A stretch of 64,000 nucleotides of DNA from Cyclobacteriaceae bacterium (GTDB taxonomy: Bacteria; Bacteroidota; Bacteroidia; Cytophagales; Cyclobacteriaceae). Position numbers and translations under genes: made by a program. The stretch is from NCBI GenBank assembly GCA_035408225.1, contig DAOOCD010000001.1, positions 3,384 to 67,383 on the forward strand, in the 5' to 3' direction. This document shows positions 50,845 through 59,580 of the stretch, one piece after another. The notes beneath the pieces are model-generated. The model saw nothing but the letters and a program-made list of their open reading frames with translations. It did not search any database and had not been told where the DNA came from. How positions within the stretch are numbered: position 1 is the first letter of the stretch; the number at the start of each line of letters is the position of its first letter.

Positions 50845-51888
50845 ATGCATCGAATCGTCCTTTTTGTTTGTGTATGTATGCTGTTGATAGTGGGGCCGGT
50901 AACTGCACAAGACCCTCAGTATTCTCAATTTTATGCTGCACCTCTTTATTTAAACCCGGCATTTGCAGGTTCAACCAATCAGAGCCGGGTAGGTATTAAT
51001 TATCGCAACCAATGGCCAGCCATCGATGCTAACTTCAACACTATTTCTGCCTTTTATGATACTTATATCGAAGATAAAAACAGTGGAGTAGGGGTGTTGT
51101 TGACGCGCGATCGCGAGGGAATACTGGGCTTACAATCGATAAGCCTGGCCTTTCAATACTCCTATAATTTGCGAATCACGGAAGGCATTTCATTTCGCCC
51201 CGGGTTTCAGGCTGCTATTTATAACCGCTCAATCAATTTTGATAAACTTACTTTTGGCGACCAGTTCGATCCATTGACTGGCGATATTATAAATCCACAA
51301 TCTGCCGAGGGTTTAAACACGGGTCAGTCAAAATTTTTTCCTGACATTGCTGCGGGCGGTTTGTTCTACAGCAAGAGAGCCTGGTTGGGTTTTGCAGCCC
51401 ATCACTTAACTCAACCCAACCAATCCCTTATTGGTGAAGAGAGCAGGCTTCCAATGAAACTTTCGGGTCATGCCGGATTGAAGTTTTATTTTAAGCCGGG
51501 AGAAATGGGCGATGGATTTTATACGCGGCCGCGCGAAAGAAGTGTTGCGCCAGCTATCCAGTATCGGCACCAGGGTGAGTTTGATCAGATGGACGTGGGA
51601 TTCTATTTTACGTTTGAGCCAATAATTATTGGAACCTGGTATCGCGGTGTTCCTTTTAAGACTGTCAACGGGTTTAATAATAATGAATCCATCGTATTGC
51701 TGGTTGGATTTACAAAGAAAGGACCCAAGGATATTTTGAATATAGGCTACAGTTATGACTATACAATTTCTCAGCTAGGTGCTGGTAGTGGAGGTGCCCA
51801 TGAATTTAGTTTGGTCTATTCCTGGTCTACGCGCAATCCGCGCAAGCCACCAAAAGATAAGTTGATGATTCCTTGTCCAGATTTTTAG
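50845..51888 (+). CDS. PorP/SprF family T9SS membrane protein
   Basis: AQDPQYSQFY..PLYLNPAFAG, NYRNQW, GYSYDYT.S.L, GAHEFSL. Confidence 0.93.
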   Translation: MHRIVLFVCVCMLLIVGPVTAQDPQYSQFYAAPLYLNPAFAGSTNQSRVGINYRNQWPAIDANFNTISAFYDTYIEDKNSGVGVLLTRDREGILGLQSISLAFQYSYNLRITEGISFRPGFQAAIYNRSINFDKLTFGDQFDPLTGDIINPQSAEGLNTGQSKFFPDIAAGGLFYSKRAWLGFAAHHLTQPNQSLIGEESRLPMKLSGHAGLKFYFKPGEMGDGFYTRPRERSVAPAIQYRHQGEFDQMDVGFYFTFEPIIIGTWYRGVPFKTVNGFNNNESIVLLVGFTKKGPKDILNIGYSYDYTISQLGAGSGGAHEFSLVYSWSTRNPRKPPKDKLMIPCPDF

Positions 51889-51890
51889 GG

Positions 51891-51939
51891 CTGGTTGCTT
51901 GTTACTGGTCTCTTGTTTCTCGCCTCTGGTCACTGGCTT
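51891..51939. repeat. Array of seven degenerate 7-nt repeats
   Basis: CTGGTTG CTTGTTA CTGGTCT CTTGTTT CTCGCCT CTGGTCA CTGGCTT; a short complementary arm CCAGTAA CTAGTG lies at 52115-52127. Confidence 0.8.
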
Positions 51940-52112
51940 TTTTCGACTGCTTTAATAAAGTTGTTTAATTTTCTTCCCAGTCGCAGTAACCTCTCGTGAA
52001 TGTCGTTATAAAAAATTTGATCAGTGATTGATTTTGTTTCGAACAAAGTTTCTAAAGGATCGATGGGTTCGTCATTGGAGGCTTGTGCGATAATCAAGAA
52101 CCGGTTATACTC
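51930..52112 (-). pseudogene. 5'-truncated four-helix-bundle (23S rRNA IVP-like) protein gene
   Basis: Hand translation EYNRFLIIAQASNDEPIDPLETLFETKSITDQIFYNDIHERLLRLGRKLNNFIKAVEKSQ* resembles the family's C-terminal half. No start codon; in-frame TAG at 52122-52124. Confidence 0.72.
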
Positions 52113-52148
52113 TGCCAGTAACTAGTGCCTATTTCTTACAGCAATTCG

Positions 52149-53123
52149 TTACTCCTCTCCGCTTCCATCAATTTTGCAGAAGTTGTCCATACCGATGTGT
52201 AGCAAGGCATCTCCGGCATTCACTACCGGATGATTATTGAGCCCAACTACGTAGCCTGTAGAGGGCGATTTTATTTGTTCTTTGAATTCACCAAAAGGGT
52301 CGGTGATGGTTCCTACAATTTGATTTTTATGAACCAAATCACCACAGTTAATTGCCGACTGAAATAGGCCAGCATGATGAGCCCTGGCCCAGGCTGAATT
52401 CCAGATTATTTTATTTTCCTCTTTCGGTTCCGGAGCCCAATCAATCATTTTTAGATGCTTCATTAACCGAAGTGTTCCGTTAACCCCTTCTTCAATCGCT
52501 TGCTGATCAAAGCGCAATGATTCACCGCCTTCATACACGATTATATTTTTTCCGTGTTTGGCAGCCGTTTGTCGGATTGAGTGTGGACGAAAGGGCGCGT
52601 CAATCGTAAAGGGTGCGTGAAATGCATTCGCCAATTCAACATTCTTTTCTTCGGCCATCACACACCGTATTTGCGGATAGTTCGTGCGCATAGCACCACC
52701 TGTATGAAAGTCTACACCGTAATCAATAAATGGAATTACATCATGTGTAAGGTGATACGCTACCCGCGAAGCAAGAGATCCATTTTTGCTACCTGGAAAT
52801 GAACGATTAACATCTTTACCATCCGGTACTTCGCGTGAATAGTTTAAAAAACCATAGATATTAATAATGGGCATGCAAATGACAGTGCCGCGTTTTACCC
52901 GATTGTGGCCCATATCTAAAATTCTGCGCACGATCTCCATGCCATTGATTTCGTCACCGTGCATTCCGGCTGTGAGGGCCAGTACAGGGCCATCTTCTAA
53001 TCCGCGATAAGCATAAATGGGTGTATCAATTTGCGTACGCGATGGAAGGCGGGCAATGTTGATTATGATCTCTTTAAATTCTCCGGGCCGGAGGTGATGC
53101 TCACCAATGCTAACTTCTTTCAT
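52149..53123 (-). CDS. Succinylglutamate desuccinylase/aspartoacylase (M14-like) family peptidase
   Basis: AGMHGDEING, DVNRSFPG, DFHTG, YEGG; C-terminal barrel-sandwich hybrid domain. Confidence 0.92.
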   Translation of the reverse strand: MKEVSIGEHHLRPGEFKEIIINIARLPSRTQIDTPIYAYRGLEDGPVLALTAGMHGDEINGMEIVRRILDMGHNRVKRGTVICMPIINIYGFLNYSREVPDGKDVNRSFPGSKNGSLASRVAYHLTHDVIPFIDYGVDFHTGGAMRTNYPQIRCVMAEEKNVELANAFHAPFTIDAPFRPHSIRQTAAKHGKNIIVYEGGESLRFDQQAIEEGVNGTLRLMKHLKMIDWAPEPKEENKIIWNSAWARAHHAGLFQSAINCGDLVHKNQIVGTITDPFGEFKEQIKSPSTGYVVGLNNHPVVNAGDALLHIGMDNFCKIDGSGEE

Positions 53124-53138
53124 GATTTCAATCTACAA

Positions 53139-53172
53139 GACCACAGTCGACAGTTGTCAGCCAACGGTGGTC
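53139..53172. repeat. Short degenerate inverted repeat of 7-nt units between rimK and the peptidase gene
   Basis: GA-CCACAGT-CGACAGT-TGTCAGC-CAACGGT-GGTC. Confidence 0.45.
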
Positions 53173-53175
53173 CGA

Positions 53176-54087
53176 TTAGGCATTTATTTTATCCTTTTGA
53201 ATTTTTTTCTTCCCAGCATTTTTTTCAATGTATTGATAAATCTTTCCTGCAATATCAACTTTGGTGGCGCCTTCAATTCCTTCCAGGCCAGGGGACGAAT
53301 TCACTTCTATAATCAGCGGGCCACGCTTAGACGCCAGCATGTCTACACCAGCCACTCCAAGTCCCATTTTTTTTGCAGCCTCTATGGCCGCGTGTTTTTC
53401 ATGACGATCCAATTTCACAACTGTGGCAATGCCCCCGCGATGAAGATTAGATCTAAACTCGCCTTCCTTGGTAGCTTGTCTCCGCATGGAGCCAACCACT
53501 TCTCCATTCACCACAAAGGCACGTATATCAGCTCCTTTTGCTTCCTTAATAAACTCTTGCACGATGATACGGGTTTTCACTCCGTGAAATGCTTCAATTA
53601 CCGACTGGGCTGCTTTTTTGTTTTCCGCCAATACTACACCAAGGCCTTGTGTTCCTTCCAGTAGTTTGATTACAACCGGGGCACCACCCACTGCTTCAAT
53701 AACACCCTCTGTGTCGCGTGAGTAATCCATAAAAATAGTTTTGGGTAACCCCAAGCCTGCCCGCGAAAGGATCTGAAGACAACGAAGTTTATCGCGGGAA
53801 CGAATGAGTGCCTGAGATTCAACCGCTGTAAATACTTTCATCATCTCGAACTGACGAACTACTGCTGCTCCATAAAAAGTTACGGAAGCACCAATGCGTG
53901 GAATGATCGCATCGAAATAATCAAGCTTGCGGCCATTGTACCAAACCATCGGATTTTTCTTTTCAATCAACAACACGCACTTCATGTGGTCGATGATTTC
54001 TACTCGATGCCCACGCTTTTCACCTGCTTCTTTCAGTCGTTTGGTGGAATACAACTTGGGATCTCTGGATAATATGGCGATATTCAT
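53176..54087 (-). CDS. rimK: RimK family alpha-L-glutamate ligase (ATP-grasp)
   Basis: [54 protein letters not shown]. Confidence 0.96.
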   Translation of the reverse strand: MNIAILSRDPKLYSTKRLKEAGEKRGHRVEIIDHMKCVLLIEKKNPMVWYNGRKLDYFDAIIPRIGASVTFYGAAVVRQFEMMKVFTAVESQALIRSRDKLRCLQILSRAGLGLPKTIFMDYSRDTEGVIEAVGGAPVVIKLLEGTQGLGVVLAENKKAAQSVIEAFHGVKTRIIVQEFIKEAKGADIRAFVVNGEVVGSMRRQATKEGEFRSNLHRGGIATVVKLDRHEKHAAIEAAKKMGLGVAGVDMLASKRGPLIIEVNSSPGLEGIEGATKVDIAGKIYQYIEKNAGKKKIQKDKINA

Positions 54088-54509
54088 ACGCCTGGTTGTT
54101 TGTGTTGGAAAGATAAATCTTTTTTAGTCACGTCAATCAGAAAGCGGTCGCGCAAAATTTTGCGACCCAATAACACAGGAAACTTCAAATTACCCCTATT
54201 ACTCAGAGAAAATTCTGCCCGGATTAAGTAATCATAAATCCGGATTGTGGTCTTGATAACATACCGCAACTCAGCTTCGCCAAATGAGTTTTTGATTTCC
54301 CGTTGTTCATACTTTTTAAACACGAACTTCATGCCAGTGAATTCCGGATGCTCTTCATCTAACAAGACAAACTCAAGGTTCCCATCAACAATTTCAGCCC
54401 GTGAGCAATGAAGGCTACAATTATAAGCTCCGGTATCAATTTTAGCATGAATGTTGGTTAGCCCGAGGCCAGGTAAATCAACCCGATCAGATCGTCCAAG
54501 TATTTGCAT
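54084..54509 (-). CDS. RimK-associated retropepsin-like protease (RimB / 'ATP-dependent Zn protease' family)
   Basis: AKIDTGA..CSLH, IKNSFG..E.R, LSNR....FPVLLGR; 4-bp overlap with rimK. Confidence 0.88.
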   Translation of the reverse strand: MQILGRSDRVDLPGLGLTNIHAKIDTGAYNCSLHCSRAEIVDGNLEFVLLDEEHPEFTGMKFVFKKYEQREIKNSFGEAELRYVIKTTIRIYDYLIRAEFSLSNRGNLKFPVLLGRKILRDRFLIDVTKKDLSFQHKQPGV

Positions 54510-54544
54510 TAAATTGAGTTTCTCAAGCTACTTCAATTTTTTAA

Positions 54545-54581
54545 AAATAAAAAAGAGGCTGTCACAAAAGTGCAGCCTCTT
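54545..54581 (-). terminator. Intrinsic terminator after the DUF2911 gene
   Basis: AAGAGGCTG / CAGCCTCTT stem with a T-rich tail on the minus strand. Confidence 0.8.
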
Positions 54582-54602
54582 CGAAAGATTATGAATGAAT
54601 GA

Positions 54603-55106
54603 TTATTTGGTTACTTTAAAAGCAACGGCAGTATTTTCCCATTTTAATACCACGTTATTTTTTTCGATAGCAATAGTGAAGGTTTCAACAAAGGCATCAG
54701 CTTTGCCCGGCTTAACATTTACTCTTAATGCATCTTTTTTATCAGAATAATCAAAAGGGCTTCCCGAATTCTGCTTACTGAATATGATAACCCACTCGCT
54801 TTCGCCAGGGATTGTAAATAACCCGTATTTTCCTTTCGACAACGATTTGCTCTCTACTTTTACATCAGCACCAAATTCGATGGCAGTAACAGCATTAGCA
54901 CCGGTGCGCCACACTTCTCCAAAGGGATTAATTCCACCTAACATCTTCCTGCCTCTAGCTGATGGCTGTGAATAATCAACCGTAACTTTTACTCCGTCAA
55001 TTGATCCTTCTGCTTTGGCAGGAGGGCTAGCTGGTTTTTGTGCCCATGCACTTAACGAAAATACCAATGCTATTAAGGTGAGAATCATACTTGCTTGTTT
55101 TTTCAT
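54603..55106 (-). CDS. DUF2911 domain secreted protein
   Basis: Signal peptide; ASP, YSQPS.RGR, WRTGAN, G.Y.LFTIP...EW.IIF, WEN. Confidence 0.9.
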   Translation of the reverse strand: MKKQASMILTLIALVFSLSAWAQKPASPPAKAEGSIDGVKVTVDYSQPSARGRKMLGGINPFGEVWRTGANAVTAIEFGADVKVESKSLSKGKYGLFTIPGESEWVIIFSKQNSGSPFDYSDKKDALRVNVKPGKADAFVETFTIAIEKNNVVLKWENTAVAFKVTK

Positions 55107-55142
55107 ACAGTTTTAGTTTAGTTAAGAAATCGGTTATGGTTG

Positions 55143-55158
55143 TCACTTATCGTGCCAA
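55143..55158 (-). promoter_or_regulatory. Candidate sigma-54 (-24/-12) promoter
   Basis: TTGGCACGATAAGTGA: perfect -24 TGGCACG, GG-N10-GA spacing, degenerate -12; 37 bp upstream of the ATG. Confidence 0.45.
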
Positions 55159-55257
55159 AAGAAAACGAGAAGTTTTCTCGCTGCCGAAACTGGAGCACAA
55201 GCAGGGTAAACTTACAGTGTTAAAGTTTGGGTACTATCGGATAATTTTAGATACGGG

Positions 55258-55803
55258 TTAGTACTTTAATGGAACTTTAACCATCGTGTTTTCCCAGGCA
55301 ATTACCATAGAGGCCGTTGCATCTTTGCCATCAAACATGATCGTAAACGCTTCAACTTCTGATTCCGATTTTCCTGCGGATACCTTTATGCGGGCAACAT
55401 CTTTAGATTCTTCATATTCATAAGCTCCCCAAGTATCTAACTTTGAATTGAAAATAATGGTCCATTCTGTCTTGTCGGGGATAGCATACAATGAATATGT
55501 ACCGGCCTTAAGGGTTTTGTCACCAAAGGTTACATCCTGATATAATTTTATCTCTGTAGTTTCATTAGCTCCCAATCTCCACAGTTTACCATATGCTTCA
55601 GTACCGCCAAGCATGGTGCGACCTTTCTTCATGGGGCGACCATACACCACTTTGGCTACAGGGATTGTACCCCTGCCATTGGGTCTGAAAATGGAAATGT
55701 CGGCTGGACTGGGATCAACCCCAGGCAATTTTTGAGCAATAGAAAACTGACTGGCAGCAGTAAGCAATAGAATGGCTAACGTGAGAAGTTTTAACTTTTT
55801 CAT
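55258..55803 (-). CDS. DUF2911 domain secreted protein (paralog)
   Basis: Signal peptide; D.SP.D, YGRPMKKGR, WRLGANETTEI, WGAYEY, WEN. Confidence 0.9.
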   Translation of the reverse strand: MKKLKLLTLAILLLTAASQFSIAQKLPGVDPSPADISIFRPNGRGTIPVAKVVYGRPMKKGRTMLGGTEAYGKLWRLGANETTEIKLYQDVTFGDKTLKAGTYSLYAIPDKTEWTIIFNSKLDTWGAYEYEESKDVARIKVSAGKSESEVEAFTIMFDGKDATASMVIAWENTMVKVPLKY

Positions 55804-55867
55804 GGTATGAAGTTTTTATGATGAGTTTTGGAATCAGTATTAAATATAGAAATGATCTGACTTCCGG

Positions 55868-55911
55868 AAAAACGAAATCCGGTCCTGGAATGTTTGCCAG
55901 ATACCGGATTT
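55868..55911 (-). terminator. Probable terminator of the rhodanese/OsmC/thioredoxin operon
   Basis: AAATCCGGT..CTGG / CCAG..ACCGGATTT hairpin with T-runs on both sides. Confidence 0.55.
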
Positions 55912-55939
55912 AACTGTTTTTTTTGATAAAAGGTCGTTA

Positions 55940-56242
55940 TTAGAGCAATTGCTCTATCTGCCGCTTTAGAAATTCTGATTGAACTACCCCTGACTGCCGC
56001 CATTTTGGTTCTCCGTTTTTGAAGATGATCAGGGTGGGTACACCCTGAACCCGGAATGTTTGGGCAAGGGATGGGTTTTTATCCACATCAATCTTTACAA
56101 CTTTTGCCTTATCACCGACTTTTGATTTTAGATCCTCCAAAATAGGTTTCATCATTTTACATGGACCACACCACTCGGCCGAGAAATCGACAAGTGTAGG
56201 TACATCACTTTTGATTAATTCGAAAAAATCACCTTTAGCCAT
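55940..56242 (-). CDS. trxA: Thioredoxin
   Basis: [18 protein letters not shown]. Confidence 0.95.
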   Translation of the reverse strand: MAKGDFFELIKSDVPTLVDFSAEWCGPCKMMKPILEDLKSKVGDKAKVVKIDVDKNPSLAQTFRVQGVPTLIIFKNGEPKWRQSGVVQSEFLKRQIEQLL

Positions 56243-56244
56243 AA

Positions 56245-56718
56245 TTAATTAGCCGCTGTTTCGAGCGAAGCCACTACTATTTTAGGGATCATGATAACAT
56301 TTGATTTGATTGAATTTGAAATCAGGCAAGCAGCTTCCGCTTTTGAGAGAACGCGCTCAGCCCGCTCGCGATCTTTCTCATCAACGATGGTAACGGTTGG
56401 CTCCAGAATAACTTCCGTCATCAAAAACTTCCCATCTACCTGATCAAGTTTTCCTTTCGAGTCGCAATGAAATCGGGTAAACTCCAATTTTGAATTTTCG
56501 GCAATAGCCAAAAATGTTGTCATCAAACAACTGCTTACGGCCGCAGTAAATAAATGCTCAGGCGACCAGATGCCAGGGATTCCTTTTGGGAATTCAGGCG
56601 GGGTAGCTACTTCAATACAGCCTCCACCTAAGGTTGGCGTGTTGAGTTCTGGTGAACACATAACACCCTTGCGGTCTTTGTTCCACTCGATCTGAACATT
56701 ATAAAAATGTGCGTCCAT
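56245..56718 (-). CDS. OsmC/Ohr family protein
   Basis: TPPEF..G..G.WSPEHLF.AAV.SCLMTTF and ACLISNS (two Cys). Confidence 0.9.
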   Translation of the reverse strand: MDAHFYNVQIEWNKDRKGVMCSPELNTPTLGGGCIEVATPPEFPKGIPGIWSPEHLFTAAVSSCLMTTFLAIAENSKLEFTRFHCDSKGKLDQVDGKFLMTEVILEPTVTIVDEKDRERAERVLSKAEAACLISNSIKSNVIMIPKIVVASLETAAN

Positions 56719-56727
56719 ACTAATTAG

Positions 56728-57042
56728 TTAAAGTTTATTTTGAAGACTCATCCAGCCCCCTCCATTATACACTTGTGTATAACCTTTACCTTTTAAGATA
56801 TTTTTGGCCATGCCACTACGATTGCCAGAAGCACAGCAGGTAATTATGACTTTATTTTTGTCTGTTAAGCGGTTTGTGTTATTATTTAATTGATCCACGG
56901 GTATATTCACAGATCCACGAATGTGGCCACCTGCATATTCTCCCTTTGTGCGTACATCCACTATAACAGCTCCCTTTTTAACAAGATCAGCGTAATCGAC
57001 TTTAGGACCAAACCCTAATATACTTTTCAGTGCTTCAATCAT
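56728..57042 (-). CDS. Rhodanese-like domain protein
   Basis: VDVRT..EY..GHI.GS.NIP, CCASGNRS, NGGGW. Confidence 0.93.
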   Translation of the reverse strand: MIEALKSILGFGPKVDYADLVKKGAVIVDVRTKGEYAGGHIRGSVNIPVDQLNNNTNRLTDKNKVIITCCASGNRSGMAKNILKGKGYTQVYNGGGWMSLQNKL

Positions 57043-57332
57043 AACGTATTAACAGATTGGTTCTTTAAATAATTCACGGAATGCCAGGAACCTCCATCAT
57101 AACAAGCAATGTTTTGCTGTTTCAGTAAATGAGCCGCCATGGCGCTACGACCACCAGAAGCACAACATAATACAAGAGGAGATTTTAAGCTTTTTAATTC
57201 TGCAATCCTTTGAGTTAATTCACTTACGGGAATATTGATAGAACCGGCCACATGACCACCCTGAAATTCTGCAGGGGTTCTTACATCCACGATAGTACCT
57301 TCTTCGTTCTGAATAATTTGATTTATGCTCAT
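57039..57332 (-). CDS. Rhodanese-like domain protein (paralog)
   Basis: VDVRTPAEF.GGHV.GSINIP, CCASGGRS. Confidence 0.93.
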   Translation of the reverse strand: MSINQIIQNEEGTIVDVRTPAEFQGGHVAGSINIPVSELTQRIAELKSLKSPLVLCCASGGRSAMAAHLLKQQNIACYDGGSWHSVNYLKNQSVNTL

Positions 57333-57337
57333 AATAA

Positions 57338-57544
57338 CTATTGATTTGATTTATTTTTTTCTTTTTGAAACATATTAAAGACCAGACCTCCCATTAGGGC
57401 TCCATAAAGAGATGAATTGACAGGGTTGGAGGTTATAGGACAAGTGCCAGAAATACACCCGACTTGTTGCCAGTATAGATAGCCAGCACCTAAGCCAAGT
57501 ATTGCGCCAGCTAAAGAAAGCCAGTACTTTTTAAGAATTGCCAT
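57338..57544 (-). CDS. DUF6132-like small membrane protein
   Basis: G...GYLYW..VGC.SGTCPIT.NP..S.LYGA.MG. Start could be 57544, 57550 or 57556. Confidence 0.8.
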   Translation of the reverse strand: MAILKKYWLSLAGAILGLGAGYLYWQQVGCISGTCPITSNPVNSSLYGALMGGLVFNMFQKEKNKSNQ

Positions 57545-57565
57545 AGTCATCTGCATTTGTGAATG

Positions 57566-57610
57566 CAAAATTACCTAGGCCATAATGGTTAGTTTGTGAC
57601 CTGAATCACA
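57566..57610 (-). promoter_or_regulatory. Crp/Fnr-type site plus -7 box for the DUF6132-rhodanese-OsmC-trxA operon
   Basis: Perfect TGTGA-CCTGAA-TCACA at 57595-57610, overlapping the regulator stop codon; TAATTTTG at 57566-57573. Confidence 0.75.
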
Positions 57611-58217
57611 GAAGGGTGATTTTATTGCGGGAAAGTTGTACCAATCCTTCATTTTCCATCTGTTTCATAACCCGCGAAACAGCCTCGCGGGCGGTTCCCA
57701 GTTCATCGGCTAGTTGTTGATGGGTAATTTTGATTTCCTTGGATTGGTATAGTTCAGCCTTTTGTTTTAAAAGTTGAAGTAAGCGGGTATCTAACTTATG
57801 AAAGGCTATTGCATTTACTGCAGTGAGTAATTCTTCAAAGCGTTTGTGATAAAGTCTGAAAATAAAATCTGACCATTCCGGAAATTTCTTCACCCATTCG
57901 CTGGCTTTCTCCACGGGGATAAAGAGGATCTCTGCATCTTCTTCAACAATTGCTTTGACTTTGCTTGTCTCATTGTGGATTCCACCGAGAAAAGACATGA
58001 TACAGCTTTCTCCCGGAGTAATGTAATAGAGAAGGATTTCATGCCCATCCGAATCGGTGCGCATTACTTTCAGGCTCCCATTTAAAACCAGCGGTATAGA
58101 TTTGATGTAGCTATCTTCCTGTTGGATCACTGACCCGGCAGGAAATTTCTTCAGCTGACCATAGGTTGAAACCTCATCTTTTAATAAAGACTGAAAAAGA
58201 GAGTCGGTAGCTGACAT
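57606..58217 (-). CDS. Crp/Fnr family transcriptional regulator
   Basis: G.LKV......G.EILLYYI.PGESC; HTH THQQLADELGTAREAVSR. Confidence 0.94.
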   Translation of the reverse strand: MSATDSLFQSLLKDEVSTYGQLKKFPAGSVIQQEDSYIKSIPLVLNGSLKVMRTDSDGHEILLYYITPGESCIMSFLGGIHNETSKVKAIVEEDAEILFIPVEKASEWVKKFPEWSDFIFRLYHKRFEELLTAVNAIAFHKLDTRLLQLLKQKAELYQSKEIKITHQQLADELGTAREAVSRVMKQMENEGLVQLSRNKITLL

Positions 58218-58226
58218 AGTTGTATT

Positions 58227-58772
58227 TTAAGAAAGCAGGAATAGAAAGATAAGTGGAAAGATAACACCAATCAACGCTAACTTCCAGCCGCGGCCCCAAA
58301 AACTATTCTCACCTTTTTGGATGAACATGCCAGTGCTGGCAATCACCACCATGGCTATTCCAAAAATGTCTGAATAGTAAATCCACCATTTGCTGGTATC
58401 CTGGTGCAATTGGGTCATTTGCCCGAGAATGGGTGTAGTGCGATAAGATTCTATTTTGCCTTTGCCGGTAGTAAGGTCTATCTGAACATCATTGCTAGCG
58501 TAGGAAATCCGAAGGTTATTTTTCTCTACATTGAATCTGCGCAGGTTATCATCAATCTTTTGTTCTTCAGTAAATCGCTTGATAAAGTTTTCGTTGATTG
58601 AATCTGAAGTAGCGGGAATGTTAATGGAGATTTCTTGTGAGTTATACGTATACCTTCTTGGGTGCCAGGACTGACGATGGTTAAGGAAAATACCTGAAAT
58701 CGAGAAGGCGATAATAAGACCAAGAAAAAAATAAGCGAGATCGCGGTGCGTGTTTCGTGAAGTGAGTTTCAT
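58227..58772 (-). CDS. PepSY-associated TM helix domain protein
   Basis: R..HRDL.YF, SGIFLNH, LH......W..YSD.F, TG.F. Confidence 0.85.
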   Translation of the reverse strand: MKLTSRNTHRDLAYFFLGLIIAFSISGIFLNHRQSWHPRRYTYNSQEISINIPATSDSINENFIKRFTEEQKIDDNLRRFNVEKNNLRISYASNDVQIDLTTGKGKIESYRTTPILGQMTQLHQDTSKWWIYYSDIFGIAMVVIASTGMFIQKGENSFWGRGWKLALIGVIFPLIFLFLLS

Positions 58773-58828
58773 AGTTAAGGTTAAGGGTTGTAAAGATAGT
58801 GACTATTACTTTTTTATACTGAAGCCAG

Positions 58829-59461
58829 TTATTTCTTTTTATAACTTATCATGATTCCGGCCCGACTGGTGCGGTCAATAGTCGTTGTAAACTGCGGATG
58901 ATTTTTGACATAGTTCATAAATTCTGGATTGGCCTGTCCATCGGCCACGTTGTGGGTTGTAAAGCATCCACCCGCTTTCAGTTTTGATTCCAGATCAATA
59001 AAGTATTGCTTATACCAGTCTTTATCAGCATCGGAGAAAACAAAATCAAAAGGTCCCGGTATTTCCTTCACAAGATCGTGTGCATTTCCGAGGCGAGCAT
59101 CAACATACTCTGAAAGTCCTGCTTCCGCGATGTTTTTTAAAGCTTCTTTATATCTTCTTTCATTCAATTCAAGTGTGATTACTTTACCCCCTGTTTTGCT
59201 CATAGCCCATGCCAGCCAGATTGTGGAGTGCCCCGTGGAGGTACCAATTTCTAAGCCTGAAGTATATCCATTCTTTACAATCAAGTCGTGCAAGATTTTA
59301 CCATCTTCATAAGGCACGTTCATATCGCGCCAATCGCGCTTGTGGTCATTTAAAAATCGCTCAACTTTTGCATTAAGGGCTTCATTTTTAGCCTGGGCAC
59401 TGGTCAGTATTGGAAAAAGAAGAGCACTCGTAAGTAGGATGATTATGTGTTTTGGTTTCAT
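58829..59461 (-). CDS. Class I SAM-dependent O-methyltransferase with a predicted signal peptide
   Basis: LEIGTSTGHS, ITLE, FDFVFSDADK..Y, GG...THN; N-terminus MKPKHIIILLTSALLFPILTSA-Q. Confidence 0.88.
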   Translation of the reverse strand: MKPKHIIILLTSALLFPILTSAQAKNEALNAKVERFLNDHKRDWRDMNVPYEDGKILHDLIVKNGYTSGLEIGTSTGHSTIWLAWAMSKTGGKVITLELNERRYKEALKNIAEAGLSEYVDARLGNAHDLVKEIPGPFDFVFSDADKDWYKQYFIDLESKLKAGGCFTTHNVADGQANPEFMNYVKNHPQFTTTIDRTSRAGIMISYKKK

Positions 59462-59580
59462 AGATATAAAGTTAGGCCAAGAACAAATGTTCACTTCGCT
59501 ATGACGCTTAGACAGTTTAGTGAATTGATTTATTCCCTGGTCCCGATTTTCTCTAAAACCTAATAGATTCTTTAAGGGGG

